64,000 nt of DNA from Nemertoderma westbladi (taxonomy: Eukaryota > Animalia > Xenacoelomorpha), in the NCBI GenBank assembly GCA_032718475.1, contig JAUCBJ010003147.1:1-64000 (forward strand), in the 5' to 3' direction. Positions 16,501 through 27,600 of the stretch are shown here, in pieces. Numbering within the stretch: the first letter of the stretch is position 1; each line of letters begins with the position of its first letter. The notes under the pieces were generated by a model. That model was not told where the DNA came from. It searched no databases and worked only from the letters and a program-made list of their open reading frames with translations. A program made the translations under genes and the position numbers.

Positions 16501-19078
16501 GACCATTTAATAACGTACTCAGTTTTACTCACGACCAGTCAATAACACACTTAGTATATGAGCTCCGACAATTTCATAACGTACTCAGTTTTACTCACGA
16601 CCAGTCAATAACACACTCAGTATATGAGCTCCGACCATTTAATAACGTACTCAGTTTTACTCACGACCTGTCAATAAATCACTTAGTATGAACCCCGACC
16701 ATTTAATTACGTACTCAGTTTTACTCACGACCAGTCAATAACACACTTAGTATGAACCCCGACCATTTAATTACGTACTCAGTTTTACTCACGACCAGTC
16801 AATAACACACTTAGTATGAACCCCGACCATTTAATTACGTACTCAGTTTTACTCACGACCAGTCAATAACACACTTAGTATGAACCCCGACCATTTAATT
16901 ACGTACTCAGTTTTACTCACGATCAGTCAATAACACACTTAGTATGAACCCCGACCATTTAATTACGTACTCAGTTTTACTCACGATCTGTCAATAACAC
17001 ACTTAGTATGAACCCCGACCATTTAATAACGTACTCAGTTTTACTCACGACCAGTCAATAACACACTTAGTATATGAGCTCCGACCTTTTAATAACGTAC
17101 TCAGTTTTACTCACGACCAGTCAATAACACACTTAGTATATGAGCTCCGACCATTTAATAACGTACTTAGTTTTACTCACGACCAGTCAATAACACACTT
17201 AGTATATGAGCTGCGACCATTTAATAACGGACTCAGTTTTACTCACGACCAGTCAATAACACACTTAGTATATGAGCTGCGACCATTTAATAACGGACTC
17301 AGTTTTACTCACGACCAGTCAATAACACACTTAGTATATGAGCTCCGACCTTTTAATAACGTACTCAGTTTTACTCACGACCAGTCAATAACACACTTAG
17401 TATATGAGCTCCGACCATTTAATAACGTACTTAGTTTTACTCACGACCAGTCAATAACACACTTAGTATATGAGCTGCGACCATTTAATAACGGACTCAG
17501 TTTTACTCACGACCAGTCAATAACACACTTAGTATGAACCCCGACAATTTAATTACGTACTCAGTTTTACTCACGACCAGTCAATAACACACTTTGTATG
17601 AACCCCGACCATTTAATTACGTACTCAGTTTTACTCACGTCCAGTAAATAACACACTTAGTATGAACCCCGACCATTTCATTACGTACTCAGTTTTACTC
17701 ACGACCAGTCAATAACACACTTAGTATATGAGCTCCGACCATTTAATAACGTACTCAGTTTTACTCACGACCAGTCAATAACACACTTAGTATATGAGCT
17801 CCGACCATTTAATAACGTACTCAGTTTTACTCACGACCAGTCAATAACACACTTAGTATGAACCCCGACCATTTAATTACGTACTGAGTTTTACTCACGA
17901 CCAGTCGATAACACACTTAGTATGAACCCCGACCATTTAATAACGTACTCAGTTTTACTCACGACCTGTCAATAACACACTTAGTATATGAGCTCCGACC
18001 ATTTAATTACGTACTCAGTTTTACTCACGACCAGTCAATAACACACTTAGTATATGAGCTACGACCTTTTAATAACGTACTCAGTTTTACTCACGACCAG
18101 TCAATAACACACTTAGTATATGAGCTCCGACCATTTAATAACGTACTTAGTTTTACTCACGACCAGTCAATAACACACTTAGTATATGAGCTGCGACCAT
18201 TTAATAACGGACTCAGTTTTACTCACGACCAGTCAATAACACACTTAGTATGAACCCCGACAATTTAATTACGTACTCAGTTTTACTCACGACCAGTCAA
18301 TAACACACTTTGTATGAACCCCGACCATTTAATTACGTACTCAGTTTTACTCACGTCCAGTAAATAACACACTTAGTATGAACCCCGACCATTTCATTAC
18401 GTACTCAGTTTTACTCACGACCAGTCAATAACACACTTAGTATATGAGCTCCGACCATTTAATAACGTACTCAGTTTTACTCACGACCAGTCAATAACAC
18501 ACTTAGTATATGAGCTCCGACCATTTAATAACGTACTCAGTTTTACTCACGACCAGTCAATAACACACTTAGTATGAACCCCGACCATTTAATTACGTAC
18601 TCAGTTTTACTCAGGACCAGTCAATAACACACTTAGTATGAACCCCGACCATTTAATAACGTACTCAGTTTTACTTACGACCAGTCAATAACACACTTAG
18701 TATATGAGCCCCGACCATTTAATAACGTACTCAGTTTTACTCACGACCAGTCAATAACACACTTAGTATATGAGCTCCGACCATTTAATAACGTACTCAG
18801 TTTTACTCACGACCAGTCAATAACACACTTAGTATATGAGCTCCGACCATTTAATAACGTACTCAGTTTTACTCACGACCAGTCAATAACACACTTAGTA
18901 TGAACCCCGACCATTTAATAACGTACTCAGTTTTACTCACGACCAGTCAATAACACACTTAGTATATAAGCTCCGACCATTTAATAACGTACTCAGTTTT
19001 ACTCACGACCAGTCAATAACACACTTAGTATATGAGCTCCGACAATTTCATAACGTACTCAGTTTTACTCACGACCAG
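7542..19078. repeat. 64/66-bp satellite array 2
   Basis: Same unit as 1-6660, about 11.5 kb long. Confidence 0.98.
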
Positions 19079-19570
19079 CACCCCCACCCTCATCCCACCT
19101 CTTTACCATGTGCCCCACCGCCCTCCGGCCCCCCACAACCCGCCTCCAACCCCACACCCATCCCCACCCCCCACCCCAACATAATTCCCACGCCCCCACC
19201 TCCACCCCTAACCCCACCCACAGGCCCCACCAGAACGCCTAACACTCATCCCCAGACCCCTACCGCACCCCCATCCCCAACCCAAACCCTAACCTCCCAC
19301 CTCACACCCCCACCCCCATACCCATCCAGCACCCCAAACCTCATCCCACCTCTTTACCATGTGCCCTACCTCCCTCCGGCCCCCCACAACCCGCCTCCAA
19401 CCCCACACACCATCCCCACCCCAACCCCCATCCCAACACAACCCCCACATCCACCCCCAACCCCACCCCCACCAAAACCCCCACCACCCATCCCCACACC
19501 CCTACCGCACCCCCAACCCAAACCCTAACGCCCCACCTCCCACCCCCACACCTATTCAGCACCCCCACCC
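19079..19570. repeat. C-rich low-complexity block, copy 2
   Basis: Same junction (CACGACCAG|CACCCCCACCCTCATCCC) and sequence as 6661-7045. Confidence 0.9.
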
Positions 19571-20108
19571 TGATCTCGTGGATGTGCTGACGGCTACTTC
19601 GACTGTATTTGGTGCACCTTAAATAACATTTCTGTATTTATTTAATTTGTAAATTATTGAGGTTGTCCAATTATTTATGTTACCTTGTGATAGTACTTTG
19701 TGCTAAATGACCTAAAACCATCTTATGCACGGTCTGGATCCAATCTCCAAATGCAATCACAGATAACCCTGTCCACCACTCTGTTGTTTAAAATCCTAAC
19801 TATATGTTTTTACTCAATTTAAACTAATCCATAAGCTAAATACTGACATTATGGCTATTTTGCAATTATATTTATTATTTAAAAATTGTTCTTAAAGTAA
19901 TACTTTCGGAAATTTTGCTTTAATTTTGTTTTTATATTTGAATTTACTTTAATTGTTAATTTGTGTACTGTATTATTATTAAAATTTATTTTTAGGTCTA
20001 CTTGCAATAGCTAAATGTGTTTTATCATTAGTATAAGCAGTAGTTAACCTACCACTACCAGTATGAATATTTATTTACTTGTATTGGTATGTAATTTTGA
20101 TATCGAAA

Positions 20109-20630
20109 ACATATATGTGTTACATTAAGACGTCCTGGTAGAACATTGTCAGTGCATACATATATGTGTTACATTAAGACGTCCTGGTAGAACATTGTCA
20201 GTGCATACATATATGTGTTACATTAAGACGTCCTGGTAGAACATTGTCAGTGCATACATATATGTTTTACATTAAGCCGTCCTGGTAGAACATTGTCAGT
20301 GCATACATATATGTGTTACATTAAGCCGTCCTGGTTGAACATTGTCAGTGCATACATATATGTTTTACATTAAGACGTCCTGGTAGAACATCGTCAGTGC
20401 ATACATATATGTGTTACATTAAGACGTCCTGGTAGAACATTGTCAGTATACATACATATATGTGTTACATTAAGACGTCCTGGTAGAACATTGTCAGTGC
20501 ATACATATATGTGTTACATTAAGCCGTCCTGGTAGAACATTGTCAGTGCATATATATATGTTTTATATTAAGACGTCCTGGTAGAACATTGTCAGTGCAT
20601 ACCATACATATATGTGTTACATTAAGACGT
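20109..20630. repeat. 49/51-bp tandem repeat, about 10 copies
   Basis: Unit CATATATGTGTTACATTAAGACGTCCTGGTAGAACATTGTCAGTGCATA. Confidence 0.95.
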
Positions 20631-20885
20631 CCACCCCACCCCACCCCACCCCACCCCACCCCACCCCACCCCACCCCACCCCACCCCACCCCACCCCACC
20701 CCACCCCACCCCACCCCACCCCACCCCACCCCACCCCACCCCACCCCACCCCACCCCACCCCACCCCACCCCACCCCACCCCACCCCACCCCACCCCACC
20801 CCCACCCCACCCCACCCCACCCCACCACCCACCCCACCCCACCCCACACCCCCACCCCACCCCCCCCCCCCACCGCCACCCCCAA
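20631..20885. repeat. (CCCCA)n / (TGGGG)n microsatellite
   Basis: Long perfect pentamer run that degenerates at its right end. Confidence 0.97.
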
Positions 20886-20984
20886 CATCCGCACTCCGAC
20901 GCACTGTTTTCTGTTATTTTCATTATGTGATTGTGGGACCCTTAATTAAAAGAGCCACTCATAAATTAGGACTTACTGTGGGCG

Positions 20985-21602
20985 CTACACCACAGCAAGT
21001 AGAGCATGGCGGATAATGCTATAGAGTTTGGCATGGCCAAGGTCACTCAGGTGTATACCATCGGAGTGCAGCAAGGTTCCTCCCTGCACCCGATGGCATA
21101 ATGCACCTTGCATTTTAATTAGAACGCCGTTCTGGGCGTGGTTGAACCACGCCGCCATCCGCATATTTGTGGCGACACGACGTGAATCATAATCGGGGTC
21201 CACAGACACACCTTTAGGGCGCATTAACCTGGGGAACATTTGTGTCCATAACACACAGGAAGCACCATTGGAAGAATATTCCTGAATCATTGACTTTAAT
21301 TTAGAGACAACGTAATCTGTGTCTCTCACACACAGATCGTTGCTTCCAAATAGAAGTACAATGAAACAAGGTTTATTGTCCCAATTGGCCATCACCTCCT
21401 GCGCGTTATGGGTGTCAAATATTCTCCCTGACCGCAGCTGAAAGGTAACTTTGGCAACTGTTGGACAGATACCAAAGTTACGATTGTGGCCGCGGTTGTT
21501 GTGGTCAAGGTACCGAAAGAGGTGGTCTGGGTGTGAAGACCCAACGATTATAATTTCATGTACATGATTGACAGTACAAATAGCTTGGACCGGTAGTGGC
21601 AT
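20985..21602 (-). CDS. Intronless SGNH/GDSL hydrolase (transposon-associated type), about 205 aa from the first ATG
   Basis: Block I IIIVGSSH, a block II glycine (LRSG), block III LLFGSNDL and block V DGIHL occur in canonical order. ATG at 21602 (MPLPVQ); a TATA-like motif lies about 75 bp upstream. Confidence 0.88.
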   Translation of the reverse strand: MPLPVQAICTVNHVHEIIIVGSSHPDHLFRYLDHNNRGHNRNFGICPTVAKVTFQLRSGRIFDTHNAQEVMANWDNKPCFIVLLFGSNDLCVRDTDYVVSKLKSMIQEYSSNGASCVLWTQMFPRLMRPKGVSVDPDYDSRRVATNMRMAAWFNHAQNGVLIKMQGALCHRVQGGTLLHSDGIHLSDLGHAKLYSIIRHALLAVV

Positions 21603-21675
21603 AATATCGACTGAATAGAGCAAATAAGTGGAGAGAAATGGGTAAAGTGATGATTTAATATGATACAGCGTTCCG

Positions 21676-21684
21676 TTTATATAG
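21676..21684 (-). promoter_or_regulatory. Putative TATA box of the SGNH gene
   Basis: CTATATAAA on the minus strand, about 75 bp upstream of the ATG. Confidence 0.5.
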
Positions 21685-21968
21685 AAAATTGTAAAGCATA
21701 TTGATGGTGGAGACAGTTGTTAATTCAGCGTGTGTATGGTTACGGTGTACATTACGGTGATAATTAGTAATTGATATTGGTTTGTAAATGTGCTGCAATG
21801 CAGTCAGGCAGTTGTTTCTCTAAGGCATAACCTTCCAATCCAATAATACCATATATGGTAATAATTCCCTTGGTTGCATCATGAAGCCTATTCATTGGTC
21901 GTAACATTGAGTAATTCTAACTGCAGCATACAGTGATATTCCTCTGACAATTTTGTTGGCGGGTTGTG

Positions 21969-22046
21969 ATTGGCTTGCTGGCTGTAATTGGATATAGCTT
22001 CAGCCTTCAGCTATATAATTAAATATTCAGTTGCCATACTTCATTC
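21969..22046 (+). promoter_or_regulatory. Putative Pol II promoter of the spliced gene
   Basis: Two inverted CCAAT boxes (ATTGG at 21969 and 21987), TATATAA at 22012, Inr-like TCATTC at 22041, followed by a consensus donor AAG|GTAAGT at 22150/22151. Confidence 0.55.
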
Positions 22047-22150
22047 ATTATTGAATTTGTTATCTCGCAAATATTTGGCAAATTATACATAATTATTTGC
22101 GTATTTCTTCTCCGTATTTTTCGCTCTGTTTTAACTTTAACACTTCTAAG
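22041..22150 (+). other. Putative non-coding first exon
   Basis: Lies between the Inr-like site and a perfect donor; the next clear acceptor is TTTTTTATAG|ATAACGTTATG at 24360/24361. Confidence 0.5.
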
Positions 22151-24368
22151 GTAAGTTTAATGTTACCCAAGGTGATTTGCACTTGCAGATTCAGATAAAC
22201 CTGCTTGCGTGCTGGACTGTTCTGATACCTACTGCAGTACTGGTAGCCTTACATTACTGCATTATACATACAGCCATATGTTTTTGAGTGAAAAGGTCAA
22301 TGCAGCAATGTTTGTGTTCCTGTCTGTGTAGACGTAGAACTGGTAGGCTAGTACAGTACCAAGCAAGGCAATTACCGGTACTGATCTACCGGAAACACAG
22401 TAAGCAAAACCAAAAACATGCCGATGTACATAGGCTACAGATATACATACGGATGTACTGATATAGGCCATACCTACTGCCTTGCCTACTGTACTAGTTT
22501 TCCCCTGTTGAAAGGTTTTATTTTCTGCGCCAAACGCTGTGTTATTTTAAGTGAATAAAATCCTTTGCCGGGTAGATGCAAAGCTTGTGCTGAGCGGACC
22601 TTTTGGCACCTTGTCCGGCGTAGCACATTTCTGCACCAGCTCCCGCCGCAAGTAGAAATGCTGCGCCAAAATAAGGCGTACAGACAGGCAGGTAGGCCTA
22701 ACACTTTTCAATTGGCTGATAGGGGTACAGGCCCAGTCTGACCGTCCCGTTACAAAGTTTTACACATACGGACTGACGGACGCAGAGCATGTAACGGTCT
22801 GCCGGTATTGTGCAATACTGCAATTCAGTTTAAATAGGCCTAGCCGTAATAAAATGTAAAGGTCTGCCGGTATCGTGCAATTCAGTTTAAATATCCCTAG
22901 GTAATAAAATCACAGTAATCTCTCACACGAACACGAAGCAGCCAAAGCAGAAAAACAATTCTTATTTTTATTTTTTATATCTGTAGGCAGATAGGCCTGG
23001 TGCCTGGATTGTTATTTTTTTTGTTTATTCTTTGTAACATGCTCCATTCTGCCATTACAGGTTAGGTAGGTAGGCCGACCACTGTTACACTGCCTTGTCT
23101 TGTCTTGCCTACTATTTTTACTCATTCCTATAGGCAATAAGATAACTTCCATCTATTTTACATTACGCCTACTATTTTGTTGTGTTAAAACAGAACTGTT
23201 ACCTGCCAGTCCTGCCTATACCTAGCACTGTGGCACCCTAGCAAGCGGTCTAGCGGCAGAACGGCCAAATTATTACGAGTAGGCCTACAGATCTGCCGAT
23301 AGGGCTACAGGTCAGCAGGTACCGGTACGAACCGGTCCGGTACTTATATTTTATACCAAATTTATTAATAGGTACGGTATTCTACAGTTCTATGTACCGG
23401 TACCCGTACCGGTGTATCAGAATTTTCACTCCCCATGTAAAATCATTTCATTTTTAAACTTCCCTAGTGCTGTAGTGTATTCTCATTCCCATGGTGTATT
23501 TTGTCTAGTGTATTTTATCCCCCTCAAGTGAAAACTCAACCCTGCATTTATATATTTTCGTATTAAGCAGATCCATCCCCAGTTAAATTGCTAAGGGCTA
23601 CCGCTATTAATTTATGGATTATTAATATATTTAAAAAAAATTTCAATTTAAAATATGAACACCATAATCACCATATGCCATACGCATACACCCTCTACAG
23701 TACTTTACTATATACAAATCTACAGCGTGTTTTTTTCTGTCTACTACAGCACCCTATAGATGATAGGATACTGCGGTCATCTATTCATTTAACTGAAGGG
23801 TTAGAATTATATCGAATTTAAATTACATTGAAATTTAAAATATATATAATGCTGTAATGGGGTAGGAATAAGCTGAGGGGAGTTACATTTCACTAAAAAA
23901 TCACCCGGAGTATTTTCATCCCCCGTTAAATATCCTAGTGAATTCTAACCGGGGGTGAAAACTGAAAGACAGCTAGACCTTGTGAATATTAACTGGGGGG
24001 TGAATTTTTAACTGTTTAGAGGGTGATGATTTTCTGCTACACCTGTACTGGTACTGGTAGCGTATTCTTTCTTCGTATTCGTACAGGTATATATATATTT
24101 ATATATACCGGTATATATATTTGTGTCATTGTAATGCTCGAATGAATGTTTAGCCCTAATCGTTCCGAATTTTGGTGGTGTCTTCTGTTTTGTATGTAGC
24201 GGTACCGTTATTTTATTTTTATTTCTATTTCGTTTTGCCTGTTCATTGCACATAATTAAATATATAGGGTCATAAATAGACATGAATGCGTAGGCCTATG
24301 CTGTTCTCTAGATCGGTTGTATTTTGTTAAATTATTTCTTTAATTTATTATTTTTTATAGATAACGTT

Positions 24369-24617
24369 ATGCCAAAACGAAAGCAATCTTTTGTTTGCTC
24401 GTACTGCCAAGGTCGCTGTGGCAAGAAGCGACACAACAAGGCAACCTGCCCTATGCGCATCGAACATCTGCGGAAAGGGATAGATGCCGCCAACATGGAC
24501 GCCGGTAGAGAGTTGGAAATAGGTGGCGTTGGTGACCAACCCATCGGTATTCATGTAGAGATTCCGGGAAGCGCCGATGTCCATCAGACCGGCCGTTTAC
24601 ACGCGGTGGAAGCCAAT
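24369..24617 (+). CDS. Coding exon 1: basic N-terminus and zinc knuckle
   Basis: MPKRKQSFVCSYCQGRCGKKRHNKATC...; donor GTAAGT at 24618. Confidence 0.85.
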
Positions 24618-27600
24618 GTAAGTTTTATTTAGGACTAACTTATATTAAGTATTATTCTAAACAGAGGCATGCTTAATACACTGTTTGTACGGCCTGCATA
24701 CTGTATCTGGGAAACACACCATTATCTGCACACTATTTAACCCACTTATCTATACCAGGAGATCTGCCATCGTGAGTTACCCTCCTTGATAACCAATCTT
24801 GATTTGACTTTTAATCTTACCCACCATTGTAACTCTATCTATATTGTCTTTTTACCAGCCATTGTCTACCTCCCTGTTTACCTTCCACCTTATTTGGTAA
24901 AGCTCCATTATAAATGTATATGTGCTGTGGGTCGGAGCTTTAAGGAGAAGGACTTCGATCCAATGTAACATAATAAATTGTGTAATGTTGTAGTATTATG
25001 TTGTGCTAATATACTAATTACTATAAATTCTACGTACTCCTTATTGTTGCTGTGAAGTGCGGTCATTTCTTTAGTATAGTTTCGTTATAATATGTTATTG
25101 TTATTCTTATTTATAATTACAGAATAACTATAAGTACCGGTATACTTATGGAACTATAACACCCCCCCTCCCTCACTTAAACGGAATATAAATTTTCTAA
25201 AATTAAAAAATACCTACCTATCTCTTTTTGTTGTTTGAAGTCAGTATAAGTATATCTCTCCGTGTCATTATTTTAAACTGCTACTTTCTAGGTGGAGTTG
25301 GATCGCGAGACTCCGGAGGTAGCGGTCGGACGCGAGACTCCCACTTCTCCATCCTACGCGGACGCGTTGAGATCGCCTCCACGGCCAAGTATCTGTTCTC
25401 CGCTGCAACCAACCCCGGTAGGACGCGGGACTCTCGACGTCACGGTGGGACGCCAGACTCCCCCTACATCTCCATCATACGCCGACGCGTTGAGATCGCC
25501 TCCACGGCGACGTACTACCCGTCCGCCAACACCACCAACGCCGGTTAGTTTAACATATATAAATATGTGGACCTACTTTGTCATTTTATATTTTGTTTCG
25601 GTGGTTTTCTAATACAATTACTGCATAAAACGATTAGCTGAAGCAATATATACAGTATATACCAGTATATACCTCCCAACACTCTACCCAGAGTCTCTCT
25701 TGACTCTTCACCCCGACCCCTCCCCCATTAATTCATTGAATCGTACATATTTGTTACATTTTTCTTCTATTTTTTCTCTTCTATCTATTATTTTTAAATT
25801 ATTTAGGTCGCCAATTCAAAGAGTTGGTTCCGCCAGGTCGCGGACGATCTCAACCTGGATGTGGTCGACATACCAAACCACCCACTGGCGCAGTTATCTG
25901 CGGTTTCAACGGCTGCGGGCTGGGGGATATCAGCCACCTATCTGAAACAACACGTGGCCGACTTCATGTTGCTGAGAACGGCCAAGTATTCGCGGCAGTG
26001 GCTCTTCCGTACGGGAGGGCCGCAATCGTTCGCCGCCTACTTACTTTCATTGGCGTCGGATGATTGCCAGGTTAACGACATCAACCTGGAGGCCATAAGA
26101 GATATGGAGGAGATGGAGATCACGGTCCATCGGGCGCAGCACCGAAACGCGCCAAGTTGTTACTGCGCCCCCCCAAGGAGACGAGGTGGTGCCATCCATA
26201 TCGGTGTGGACGGCGACCGATACGTCGCGTTTGTTTCGAGGTCTATCTCGACCCAGTCCGGCCGCGTGACCGAGTCGGAACCGATGGTTAGTTAATACTC
26301 TCCCTATAATGTTTCACTGTGTTTTTCAATAATGTTTGTGTTTATGTCACTGTTACATTAATGTTTGTATAAAAAGTATGTAACAAATACCATGAAATGT
26401 CTACAAAATAATTATATTTCCCGAATAGACGATGTTACACGGCTATTAATTAATTGAGACGTCGTCATTATTTTTATAGCTTCATATTAATTCCAAATTA
26501 TTGGTACCGACAATTAAAAACTCCATTTCGTTAATAAATATACATTTAGAATTCCTTTAAATACATTTAATATACATGGAATATTAAAATGGAATATGGA
26601 ATATTATAATACACATTGAATGTACCTTTAATTTCTTATTAAGTAAATATCAATTATCTCAAACTCCATATTTATAATTAATTGTTTAGGTTCTCCAGGA
26701 AGCTATTAAACCTATGGAGGACGTACATAATATCTCAGTCGCAACGGAGTTATTTACTACCGTTGTAGAATCTGATCTGCCCCGTAGATCCTATACGGTG
26801 TCCGGCCGTTTAGCTTCCAAACCTCCGACTGTAAGTGAATCTATATTATATATGTAATATCATATATTCATATATTATTTATTTAATTTGTTAAGAAATA
26901 ATTTCTTAAATTGTCAGAGGTTAGCTAAAATGTCACCCTATTTATAATTTATATGCACTTCGACATTTTACAATAATTCCACACTATAATAATATATTTA
27001 TATAATATTGATTATCGTTATTTTAGAGTTTTTTTTTGAATTCCCACTTGAACCACGGCGTTTATTTTGAATTGATGAGGAAAGTAACTTTATAATTTGT
27101 ATTAATATATTAACCTACAGGAGCTGCATTTAGTTGATAATATTATACGATATAATTTAACCGATATAATTAATTATTTAATTGTTATTTCCACAGAGAA
27201 CGTCGTCACGTAAAGGGAAGAAGAAATTATCAGCTCTGCAAGACGCAACTGATATCAGAGGTGACGCTATGTCTGAATGTTCAGATGTAGGTAGTATCGG
27301 CTCTGTCGGTAGTATCGGTTCTATTCGTAGTGTCGGTACTGCCGGTAGTGTTGGTTCTGTTAGCAGTATGGCGTCTAACGAGTCAACCCGTAGGAGGAAC
27401 GCCGCTCAAAAGTCCGGCTGTCCGTCTTCCCGTCCAGAAATCGTAAGTTTACTCAATAAATTATGTAATTAATTAATTATACAGAAACCTAATTAAATGA
27501 TATTTTTTGTATAATGTATTTAATTAATGGTAACTAACAGAACTCTTGTAAATATTTAATAATTTTTGTACAAATTAAATGACTGGAATACAATTGCATT

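Noticed and set aside
1-19078. CRISPR-like regular array
   Set aside because: Units are contiguous with no unique spacers, and there are no cas genes; it is a satellite.
6615-20930. Pro/His- and Gly/Trp-rich ORFs
   Set aside because: They arise from C-rich low-complexity DNA and the (CCCCA)n microsatellite.
23420-24010. Possible old MITE (TTTTCACTCCCC ... GGGGGTGAA)
   Set aside because: The inverted matches are short and multiple, with no definable termini or TSD.
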